From a virus (lineage: Duplodnaviria; Caudoviricetes): a stretch of 64,000 bases of DNA. The position numbers and the translations under genes are program-made. The DNA lies in the IMG/VR virus record IMGVR_UViG_3300014203_000012, positions 1-64,000 of that record. The stretch is one strand, 5' to 3'. Positions 1-7,492 of the stretch are shown piece by piece (the stretch's first letter is position 1; each line of letters starts with the position of its first letter). Under the pieces are notes generated by a model that saw only the letters and a program-made list of their open reading frames with translations, ran no database searches and was not told where the DNA came from.

Positions 1-273
1 GATGTGGTAGTGGTCACCGAATCGGGCAGAATCAATCGTATATCAATTCACGGTGTTCCTATTTCAGCACGAGCTAGAGCAGGTTTGAGTATTATTAAAC
101 TTGCTAAATGTGATACTATTAAAAAGATTCTTGTATGCAAGAACACAAATACTATTAAGATAACAACTAAGGGTGAAGTTCAGCATATTAAAGTAGCAGA
201 TCTTCAAGAAGGATCTTCTATAAGCACAGGAATCAAACTAGTATCAAATCCAATTAAAGTAGAACTGGAATGA
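1..273 (+). CDS. DNA gyrase/topoisomerase IV subunit A, C-terminal beta-pinwheel (5' truncated by window)
   Basis: Pinwheel-type repeats VVVTESGRINR, RARAGLSIIKL, ITTKGEV; ORF open at window edge. Confidence 0.65.
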   Translation, partial: DVVVVTESGRINRISIHGVPISARARAGLSIIKLAKCDTIKKILVCKNTNTIKITTKGEVQHIKVADLQEGSSISTGIKLVSNPIKVELE

Positions 274-282
274 TGGGATAGT

Positions 283-462
283 ATGATTAAGAAATATAAA
301 ATTTTTAAATTAATACACGGAGCACCTGAAATGATACTACTGGATTCTAAGATCGATTCGTTTATAACTAAAGAAGAAGCTGAATTGACTTTGAAGACGA
401 TATTTAACTCAGATTCTATTTCTAGTAGGTATACAATTATTCCAATATATAGTAAAGAATAA
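283..462 (+). CDS. Small hypothetical protein (59 aa, MIKKYKIF...PIYSKE)
   Basis: Manually translated ORF between the topoisomerase stop and a terminator; GGGA upstream. Confidence 0.5.
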   Translation: MIKKYKIFKLIHGAPEMILLDSKIDSFITKEEAELTLKTIFNSDSISSRYTIIPIYSKE

Positions 463-468
463 GATATA

Positions 469-491
469 AGGGATAGCACAATGCTATCCCT
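469..491 (+). terminator. Hairpin terminator, GCA-N3-TGC apex family
   Basis: AGGGATAGCA-caa-TGCTATCCCT followed by T-tract. Confidence 0.8.
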
Positions 492-524
492 ATTATTTTT
501 TGTAATACTTAATATTTATAGTCA

Positions 525-540
525 TATATTATAAAGGTGA
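525..540 (+). promoter_or_regulatory. Early-type (virion RNAP) promoter
   Basis: TATATTAT-aaagg-TGA, one of 15 intergenic copies. Confidence 0.75.
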
Positions 541-611
541 ATATAAGAAATAGTATATCAATTACTATGATCCTGACTAATATAGCAGGCTATTTCACAG
601 GAGTCATTTAA

Positions 612-752
612 ATGGATAAAAGTATAATAGTTGGTGATAGTGATGAAGAGGACAAAGTAAAATCACCCACACCTACAAAAACAGAAAGATTTGAAACGTT
701 CGAAGAATTTAATAAATTCTTCATGAACCCAGACTCAGTATTAATACTATAA
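612..752 (+). CDS. Small hypothetical early protein (46 aa)
   Basis: AGGAG RBS, downstream of early promoter; manually translated MDKSIIVG...SVLIL. Confidence 0.5.
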   Translation: MDKSIIVGDSDEEDKVKSPTPTKTERFETFEEFNKFFMNPDSVLIL

Positions 753-776
753 AAATAAAAGGGGATATTATATACC

Positions 777-1193
777 ATGAAACGCTCAACAATTTTTAAA
801 GGAATCAAATTCCAAAACAACACAGCAGATCATACGCTGCATTGCTCTAACCAAGATACACAAATGGTATTCCATGTAATGACAGCCAAACCAATTGTTA
901 TTGATGATAATGTAAAGTATGATTGTGAAGCTGCATTTAATGAACTATTCGCAGCTCATCGTATGTTTGGTGAGGAAGAGATCTTCGGAAGAAAAGGTGG
1001 AGAAATTAAAATAGCCATTAATGGTCATACCTTCGCTAGCGAAGGATACGACGAAACTAGTATTGTGTTAGATGATGGGAATACATTTACAAATATATTT
1101 ATATCAACTAAGGGTGGATTTACAATAGATTCTTTATATCAATTTCATGATGATATAAAAGAATTTCTAGATCAGAATGAAATTGAGCTATAG
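777..1193 (+). CDS. Hypothetical protein
   Basis: ORF with GGGGA RBS, ends at hairpin terminator near 1202-1230. Confidence 0.7.
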   Translation: MKRSTIFKGIKFQNNTADHTLHCSNQDTQMVFHVMTAKPIVIDDNVKYDCEAAFNELFAAHRMFGEEEIFGRKGGEIKIAINGHTFASEGYDETSIVLDDGNTFTNIFISTKGGFTIDSLYQFHDDIKEFLDQNEIEL

Positions 1194-1236
1194 AAATATA
1201 TGGGCGATTTAATGTCGCCCTTTATTTTTTCTCGAT

Positions 1237-1248
1237 GACATCTATTTA
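1237..1248 (+). promoter_or_regulatory. Late-type (nvRNAP) promoter
   Basis: GACA-tctatt-TA. Confidence 0.55.
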
Positions 1249-1270
1249 ATTAGACGGAGGTGTTTTAATT

Positions 1271-2443
1271 GTGAAACCAACTACTGCTATTCTAAAGGGG
1301 TTATCCCCTAAAGCGGAAAAATCTTTAAGCAATATAAATAAATTTAAACTATGCGTAACGAAATTTATCAATGATAGGAATGCTCTATTATTCGATACAT
1401 GCCCGTGTGATAGAATATACTATGGGGAAAACGATGCCAATGCTATGTTCGAAGCACTAGGTATAACTAAAGCAGAAATTACTGAAGCTGTATCTGGCAC
1501 GTATTACTACCCTATTGTTTCTTTCAATCCTAGAGCAGCTAAAGATGAACTTACTGTATTAATGCTAACAGTGGTACGATACTTTGTTCAAAAGAAAGAT
1601 AGACAGAATGCAGAATTAGCAATGTTATATTTAGCATTCTCTGGTAAGTTTTATCCATCAATTCATTACATGTCCTTTCCAAAAGTACAACCTTCAGAGT
1701 ATAGACATGTAATGGAATATGTATTGAATAGTATGCTTAGCAATAAATTCGATTTAAAGACTAAAGGTTCTGTATTTGGCGCTGTAAAGAGTATAGGGTC
1801 TACATGGTTAGATTCTTATGCTAAAATGTTTGCATCATATAATGATGAAGATGTTGTGTATTTAATACAGCAGTTGCATAATCGTATTAAATCCTTTATG
1901 AAAAATATAGCATCATTATATTATGATGCATATGCCAATAAAGATTATATCACGTATGATAGTGATTCATTTGATGATTCTAATTATCATCTTGCAGATA
2001 ATGATTCGCTAAAAGCGGAACGATTTATTGAGAGATCAATGGAGAAAATCAATACCGGATCTGTAGATTATAAGATTTGTAAAATGTCTTCTGATAATAA
2101 TGTAAAAACAGAAGAGATCAAATCTATTATAGAATCTATCCTAAACGATAAGGAAAATATTCTAGAAGTTAAGGAACTTATTCGAATACTAGTATACTCG
2201 TACTTTGAACAAGCCAAGATTAAAGAAGTTTCTGATATATCATTTATAACCTTCTCAGTATCTCCAAAACCTAATACAAAAGACGTTAATATCATTAGGA
2301 TGAAAGAACTACTAGAAGATTGGCTTGATAGCACTTCTGTATCATATAGAAAGAGAAAGAAAAGATTGGCTACTAGAAATAGTTATAATCGTGCTCTTCT
2401 TATGTATTTCACTCTTATTGTGCACATTGCAAATAAATCATAA
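1271..2443 (+). CDS. Conserved-looking 390 aa protein, probable late/virion protein
   Basis: Long ORF, GGAGGT RBS, late-type promoter, own terminator. Confidence 0.6.
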   Translation: MKPTTAILKGLSPKAEKSLSNINKFKLCVTKFINDRNALLFDTCPCDRIYYGENDANAMFEALGITKAEITEAVSGTYYYPIVSFNPRAAKDELTVLMLTVVRYFVQKKDRQNAELAMLYLAFSGKFYPSIHYMSFPKVQPSEYRHVMEYVLNSMLSNKFDLKTKGSVFGAVKSIGSTWLDSYAKMFASYNDEDVVYLIQQLHNRIKSFMKNIASLYYDAYANKDYITYDSDSFDDSNYHLADNDSLKAERFIERSMEKINTGSVDYKICKMSSDNNVKTEEIKSIIESILNDKENILEVKELIRILVYSYFEQAKIKEVSDISFITFSVSPKPNTKDVNIIRMKELLEDWLDSTSVSYRKRKKRLATRNSYNRALLMYFTLIVHIANKS

Positions 2444-2478
2444 TATATAAGAGATAGCATAATGCTATCTCTTATATA
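2444..2478. terminator. Palindromic terminator, GCA-TAA-TGC apex
   Basis: TATATAAGAGATAGCA-taa-TGCTATCTCTTATATA. Confidence 0.8.
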
Positions 2479-2489
2479 AATTTTAGTTA

Positions 2490-2505
2490 TATATTATATA
2501 AATGA
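2490..2505 (+). promoter_or_regulatory. Early-type promoter
   Basis: TATATTAT-ataaa-TGA. Confidence 0.75.
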
Positions 2506-2541
2506 GCAATAAAACGATTGCATCTTAAGGAGGAATTTATA

Positions 2542-2940
2542 ATGACAGAAAAGAAGAGAGCAACTTTTGAAAAGCCATTAATAAAGACATTATGTTTTAG
2601 ATTAGGGATATCAACAGATGATATAGGTGTATCGACATCGAACTTATATACTGATATTACATCTGCTTGGTGTGTATTTAATGATAAAAATTGTAAAGAT
2701 GGAGGTATCTCAATACATACTGAGATACGAGAAGAAGTACTTACTGATAAAAATAAGAACCAATCTACTAGCGCAAATAAATATGTTGCTATTGAAGGAA
2801 TGGATGATCCCTTTGGTGGAGATGAAAACGTATATATAGAAAACGTTCTTAAGATATGTAAAATGCTAAAAGACCATTTTAAAATGGAAGATTTCGGTTT
2901 AGAGTTCTTCTATCAAGATGGATATCTCTACCTGGTATAA
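2542..2940 (+). CDS. Hypothetical early protein
   Basis: AGGAGG RBS favours ATG at 2542. Confidence 0.7.
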   Translation: MTEKKRATFEKPLIKTLCFRLGISTDDIGVSTSNLYTDITSAWCVFNDKNCKDGGISIHTEIREEVLTDKNKNQSTSANKYVAIEGMDDPFGGDENVYIENVLKICKMLKDHFKMEDFGLEFFYQDGYLYLV

Positions 2941-3003
2941 CTGAATATAAACTAACTCTTTATGGGTTAGTTTATTTTTTGTATATCTTCGTTATTTTAA
3001 TTA

Positions 3004-3019
3004 TATATTATATTAGCGA
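3004..3019 (+). promoter_or_regulatory. Early-type promoter
   Basis: TATATTAT-attag-CGA. Confidence 0.65.
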
Positions 3020-3055
3020 GTAGAGTCTAAACGTCTCTATATCTTATAACTGGAG

Positions 3056-3442
3056 ATGTTTTATATAATGGAAGATAAAAGAAGATTTGGTATAATGAGC
3101 ACTATGACTACGGAGTTAAGAAATTGTGAAACTATAAAAGCTAAGGTTGACTATTTCATGGCGCTATATGCAGATGAGTATAGTGAAATAAAAATAAATT
3201 TTGCAGTTTTTAATATAGACTGTAAATGTGTTAAAATACAAAAAAGTGTACAGATCTTTGAATTATTAAAATATATTGCATGGGCAGGGTTTAGAGGTTC
3301 GATTGACCAAATATTATTAAAAATGAAGTATTGTATAGAAGGTAATACTTCAACAATATATAATATTTGTTTAGCAAGAGATTTTAATCTTAATATACTG
3401 GTAGTAAAGAAACCAATTGAATTAGAAAGTAAACTAGCATAA
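3056..3442 (+). CDS. Hypothetical early protein (start may be 3068)
   Basis: ORF track; GGAG RBS; early promoter. Confidence 0.65.
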   Translation: MFYIMEDKRRFGIMSTMTTELRNCETIKAKVDYFMALYADEYSEIKINFAVFNIDCKCVKIQKSVQIFELLKYIAWAGFRGSIDQILLKMKYCIEGNTSTIYNICLARDFNLNILVVKKPIELESKLA

Positions 3443-3449
3443 AACTAGT

Positions 3450-4595
3450 TTATTTTTTATTTTTTTCTAATGCTGCATCAACTTTATCTAAGTTGTAAGT
3501 ATTCGTTATAAACTTACTAAACAAATCTCCTTCTTTAATATTATTAAACATGAAATCAAAGTATGCCTTTCTAGCAGTAAAGTATTTAGGAGTTTTGTTT
3601 ATATTAGCATACTGCATAGCCAAGAGATTAATATCAGATATTTGTCCCTCAAGTTCTTTTCTAAGTTCTGGTGTGAGGGACTTGTTTGTTTTAATCTCAT
3701 GCTCTAAAACTTGAATAGCAGATTTCATTCTAGCAGATAGCATTGGAGTAGAGGTAAACATAACTTCTGTAGACATACTTACTAAGCCATATAGTAAATC
3801 TAATAATTTAGATATTTCTCCACTTGGTTCTTTACGCTTCTTATCATAATCAATCTTAGATAATACTGATGCTAATTCTGGACCATACCCATACATAGTT
3901 GCAAATTGATCTGCAAACTTCTCATCTATATACCTACGTTTATCTGTGTTCCTAGAGCTAGTAATTAAAAGCTCTCTAGTAAATGGAGATTTAGGAATAT
4001 ACTTATCTACAAATCCTGGAGCGTTACTTACTATATTGCTTATAGATTGTACAATATTTGATATGATTGGAAGATCTTTAGCTTTCTGTGTGCATACTGC
4101 CATAAAGGATATAGCGAATGCTTTAAGAGAATCTTTAAACACATCAAAGCATAGCTGTATTGGAACTACAGCGTCGGTAAAACTATGCCCTATTTCATGC
4201 AATATAGTTGCAGTTACTTCACCATCAGTAATATTCTTATCAAAGAATAACGCTGTTGTAGCAACAATAAGAACATCACATTCGGCATCTTCTTTATATT
4301 TTACACCATCTTTAGTTACAGTGTACTTTTCAGTAAGATTTCCATATTTAGATTGTCTTACTGGAACGGTATAGCAGTTATAGTGAACATCTACATCGAA
4401 TCCAAAATACACTTTTCTAAAACCAAATGTATTGCTTATTTTATTACCCAACTCAAGTACGAGAGGATCGTTGACGATAGTATGTATAAGATCTGTTACC
4501 TTATATTTCTTTCTTATATCAGATATAGTTTTCTCTATACCCATTACTTCTGAGGTCTTCCCAAAATATGCTTCATTGATTGGTTCAAAGAACAT
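3450..4595 (-). CDS. Zinc metallopeptidase-like (M48-type) probable virion protein
   Basis: ILHEIGH zincin motif plus DEKFADQFATMYGYGPEL; late promoter. Confidence 0.7.
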   Translation of the reverse strand: MFFEPINEAYFGKTSEVMGIEKTISDIRKKYKVTDLIHTIVNDPLVLELGNKISNTFGFRKVYFGFDVDVHYNCYTVPVRQSKYGNLTEKYTVTKDGVKYKEDAECDVLIVATTALFFDKNITDGEVTATILHEIGHSFTDAVVPIQLCFDVFKDSLKAFAISFMAVCTQKAKDLPIISNIVQSISNIVSNAPGFVDKYIPKSPFTRELLITSSRNTDKRRYIDEKFADQFATMYGYGPELASVLSKIDYDKKRKEPSGEISKLLDLLYGLVSMSTEVMFTSTPMLSARMKSAIQVLEHEIKTNKSLTPELRKELEGQISDINLLAMQYANINKTPKYFTARKAYFDFMFNNIKEGDLFSKFITNTYNLDKVDAALEKNKK

Positions 4596-4612
4596 TTTAA
4601 TCACTCCTTCTT

Positions 4613-4624
4613 TATAATAATGTG
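4613..4624 (-). promoter_or_regulatory. Late-type promoter
   Basis: CACA-ttatta-TA on minus strand. Confidence 0.5.
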
Positions 4625-4633
4625 CTTTTAATC

Positions 4634-4645
4634 AACAATCATATA
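4634..4645 (+). promoter_or_regulatory. Late-type promoter
   Basis: AACA-atcata-TA, matches the AR9 late consensus AACA-N6-TA. Confidence 0.7.
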
Positions 4646-4669
4646 ATAGAGTAAAGGGAGGAATTAATA

Positions 4670-5257
4670 ATGGCAAGTACTACGTTTAATAAATGCACTA
4701 AAGTTTCTTTAACAGAGGTTAGACAAATGGCATTAGATGCTAAAGAATCTCTTTGGCAAATGGCAAGAGATGTCGGAATGCCTGGCCCAAAGATTTATCT
4801 ACATTGGACAGGTGGATGGTATAACAATCCAGATGATGATTATACTTTTCTAATTGCAGAAGATGGAACCATATACGCAACAGTTGATGATTTGTCTACT
4901 GTACTAGCTCATACATATCATAGAAATAGTGGATCGATTGGTATTGGGGCTTGTTGTTGTGCCTTAGCAACGACTGAGAATTTGGGAGATGCCCCACTAA
5001 CAGATGCACAGATAGAAGCGATGGCTATGCTAACTGCAGTATTGGCTAAAGCTTTAGACCTTACAATTAATATCAACTGGGTAATGACACATGGCGAGGC
5101 AGGAGATAATCTAGATGGAGAATCTCCGCACGAACCATATGGTCCTGATAGTACATGTGAACGTTGGGATCTGGCTATTCTTAAGAATGGCGATGAATGG
5201 AAATCGGGTGGAGATACTCTTCGTGGTAAAGCTAATTGGTATTCGCAAAATTCTTAA
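4670..5257 (+). CDS. N-acetylmuramoyl-L-alanine amidase (Amidase_2), endolysin candidate
   Basis: IYLHWT, AHTYHRNSGSIGI, VMTHGE Zn-amidase motifs. Confidence 0.85.
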   Translation: MASTTFNKCTKVSLTEVRQMALDAKESLWQMARDVGMPGPKIYLHWTGGWYNNPDDDYTFLIAEDGTIYATVDDLSTVLAHTYHRNSGSIGIGACCCALATTENLGDAPLTDAQIEAMAMLTAVLAKALDLTININWVMTHGEAGDNLDGESPHEPYGPDSTCERWDLAILKNGDEWKSGGDTLRGKANWYSQNS

Positions 5258-5267
5258 CTTAACATAT

Positions 5268-5290
5268 GAGGATAGCATTACGCTATCCTC
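5268..5290 (+). terminator. Hairpin terminator (TAGC...GCTA family variant)
   Basis: GAGGATAGC-attac-GCTATCCTC. Confidence 0.7.
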
Positions 5291-5323
5291 GTATTCGTTT
5301 GTAATATCTAGATATTACAAGTA

Positions 5324-5339
5324 TATATTATAGAAATGA
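5324..5339 (+). promoter_or_regulatory. Early-type promoter
   Basis: TATATTAT-agaaa-TGA. Confidence 0.75.
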
Positions 5340-5384
5340 ATAGTAATGAAAATTGCTATATCTTAATACTTGGAGTGATTAATA

Positions 5385-5609
5385 ATGAACGATATTAAAA
5401 GAGAAAATTATATAATGCTAATTGAAGAGATGAAAACTCGTATCGATGATACTAAAAAGAAAATGGAATACTTAGATGGTAAATGGAGCGACGCTAAAAA
5501 CGAAGGAAGATCTCCAGAGGCTGCTAAACTTGGTGTTAAACTTATGGTATTAGAAAATACTTTACAATTGATAGCTTCAGTTTTACTTGAAGGGTATGTA
5601 AGAGTATAA
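5385..5609 (+). CDS. Small coiled-coil hypothetical early protein
   Basis: GGAGTGA RBS; ORF track. Confidence 0.7.
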   Translation: MNDIKRENYIMLIEEMKTRIDDTKKKMEYLDGKWSDAKNEGRSPEAAKLGVKLMVLENTLQLIASVLLEGYVRV

Positions 5610-5682
5610 AATAAGACAGCATATATCCAGTAGCATTCAAAGTGCTACGGGATATATGCCCTCTTGAAAGGAGGTGAGAATA

Positions 5683-5814
5683 ATGATATTATTCGCAACT
5701 GAAGACCATAAAGTGTATGGTCAAAAAGAAATAATACTTCCAGTTAGTGCCGAACTCAGTGGAAGTATTGTGGTTGAGAAACCACAGTCAAAAAGCTACA
5801 TATACATTTTGTAG
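5683..5814 (+). CDS. 43 aa small protein in highly structured mRNA
   Basis: Perfect AAAGGAGGTGA RBS; MILFATEDHKVYGQKEIILPVSAELSGSIVVEKPQSKSYIYIL. Confidence 0.5.
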   Translation: MILFATEDHKVYGQKEIILPVSAELSGSIVVEKPQSKSYIYIL

Positions 5815-5924
5815 TGGATGTAGGGTTAGAGAATTAGAAGTTCTCTCTCCCTATATTAATGTTACCTCTTTATTTTTTCTTAGAAACGTAGACTTTGGTT
5901 TGTTATACTTCACTATTTTAAGCA

Positions 5925-5940
5925 TATATTATATAGGTGA
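5925..5940 (+). promoter_or_regulatory. Early-type promoter
   Basis: TATATTAT-atagg-TGA. Confidence 0.75.
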
Positions 5941-5985
5941 GTAGTAATAATAAATTGCTATATCTTATATCTGGAGTGATATAAT

Positions 5986-6195
5986 ATGAGTAAAATAGTT
6001 AAGATTACTTTCGAGGATAAAGGTTCTTTCAGTCCAATCAGTGTTATTGCAACTTTCGATAATGGAGTAGAGGAAAAGATATTTGATTACTTTTCTGATG
6101 AACTTCATTTTACAAAAGCTGAATTGATTGGTAAGACTAAAGAAGAAGCAATAGAATTACATTTCAAGAAAGATCAAGAATATTTAAAATCATAA
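5986..6195 (+). CDS. Small hypothetical early protein
   Basis: GGAGTGA RBS; ORF track. Confidence 0.7.
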   Translation: MSKIVKITFEDKGSFSPISVIATFDNGVEEKIFDYFSDELHFTKAELIGKTKEEAIELHFKKDQEYLKS

Positions 6196-6259
6196 TAGGT
6201 CCGATATAGAGGCTAGAATTTCTAGCCTCTTAATAATTAAAAAGAAAATAATATAAAAA

Positions 6260-6424
6260 TAGAAGCCCCTGCGTTACGCAGCTGGGCACCAGAGGTAGAA
6301 CCAATGCCGTGAGACAATGAATAGGCGTGGGGAAAAGCAACTTACTTAGAGCGGATTAGTAAGCCGCAGCGGATGTGAACCGCTCCAAACAAACAGGAAA
6401 TAAAAGTTAACGCTTTTATTTTTT
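6260..6424 (+). ncRNA. Candidate structured non-coding RNA
   Basis: GC-rich intergenic island with 4-5 hairpins and a terminal U-tract terminator; no sizeable ORF. Confidence 0.45.
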
Positions 6425-6438
6425 GTTAGTATGCCGCA

Positions 6439-6450
6439 AACATGGTAATA
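6439..6450 (+). promoter_or_regulatory. Late-type promoter
   Basis: AACA-tggtaa-TA. Confidence 0.7.
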
Positions 6451-6464
6451 AAGGATGTGATAAG

Positions 6465-7190
6465 ATGTTTAAAGCACGGAAAGAAGTCGAAGAACTCATA
6501 TATAAGACATTAGATGCAATGGACCCATCGGAGCAGAACTCTTCATTTTATAAAGAGAAGTTTGCTAAGATGAATGATGACGAATTTATGCAATTTTTTA
6601 AACAAGATTTTGCAATTAAATTTCAAATGAAATTATTTGAAATAGAACCTAAGATGCCACAGATAAAGAAGGCATTGGATATCATCAATGTTCCTCTTAT
6701 GGAAAAACTTAATATGCCATTTATATATAGGAATAAACAAGGAGTTCCAGTTAAGAGTGAAGACGCCATGGTTATCTACGTTCCTATAAAGAAAATGAAA
6801 CAATTTATCAGTAAGAAGAATTCTATGTCCACCAATATATCTAAACGTGATATGAAAACTGGATTGCTTTTGGATATAGATAAGAATGGTAATACATCTG
6901 ATCGTGAAATGGAATGTTTAGCGGTTATGGGATTAAATAGCACTATAGCTGAACTATCTACATATAGAGCAGATTCTATGGAGGCTAAAACTGAATTTTA
7001 TAATAGCATTAATACCACTGGTATGGTTTCACAGAAAGATGTGAAGGTATTGAAAGATGATTCACTCTCTAGAAATCTGCTAAACACTTACCTTATAGGT
7101 GCGGTATTAAACAGTAATCTGGTAAATGAAGAAGACTACTTGCCTTCTACGCTTAAGGATAAGGAAAGGAAAACCCAAAGAGAAGTATAG
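6465..7190 (+). CDS. Virion RNA polymerase beta subunit, C-terminal fragment (phiKZ gp149-like)
   Basis: KNSMS..RDMKTG...KNGNTSDREMECL resembles the beta C-terminal HARS..TQQP..GGQRFGEME region; late promoter as expected for a packaged enzyme. Confidence 0.7.
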   Translation: MFKARKEVEELIYKTLDAMDPSEQNSSFYKEKFAKMNDDEFMQFFKQDFAIKFQMKLFEIEPKMPQIKKALDIINVPLMEKLNMPFIYRNKQGVPVKSEDAMVIYVPIKKMKQFISKKNSMSTNISKRDMKTGLLLDIDKNGNTSDREMECLAVMGLNSTIAELSTYRADSMEAKTEFYNSINTTGMVSQKDVKVLKDDSLSRNLLNTYLIGAVLNSNLVNEEDYLPSTLKDKERKTQREV

Positions 7191-7193
7191 TTA

Positions 7194-7209
7194 TATATTA
7201 TAATAATGA
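7194..7209 (+). promoter_or_regulatory. Early-type promoter
   Basis: TATATTAT-aataa-TGA. Confidence 0.75.
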
Positions 7210-7255
7210 AGTTTGAAAATATAACTAACTTAAATTAATATAGGAGGTGGTTAAA

Positions 7256-7402
7256 ATGGCGAATGATTGTAAAATTGGAGTTATCCATGAAATCGGAGAT
7301 ATGGGTCTAGGATTTCAGGAATTAACTGCACAAGAAAAACTTGAACTCGAACGTGGAAAAGAAGAAACTGAAAGTAAACGTAAAGAAGGAAGCAGAGGTT
7401 AA
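7256..7402 (+). CDS. Small charged protein (48 aa)
   Basis: AGGAGGTG RBS; MANDCKIGVIHEIGDMGLGF...KEGSRG. Confidence 0.6.
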   Translation: MANDCKIGVIHEIGDMGLGFQELTAQEKLELERGKEETESKRKEGSRG

Positions 7403-7492
7403 AACTGCTATGCCAAATCCATACCAAAGATAAAGAGTTATACAAAAGTATAACTCTTTATCCTTTTGGGCAAATTTGAGGAGGAAATCATT

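Noticed and set aside
5747-5944. 65 aa ORF from the track
   Set aside because: No RBS and it runs through a terminator and the next promoter; the 5683-5814 ORF has the strong SD.
6260-6300. ATAGAA...TGGGCACC resembling a c-di-GMP-II riboswitch, and GAAGCCCC hairpin resembling an IS200/IS605 end
   Set aside because: No downstream GGTGC pseudoknot partner and no tnpA/tnpB nearby; similarity too short to call.
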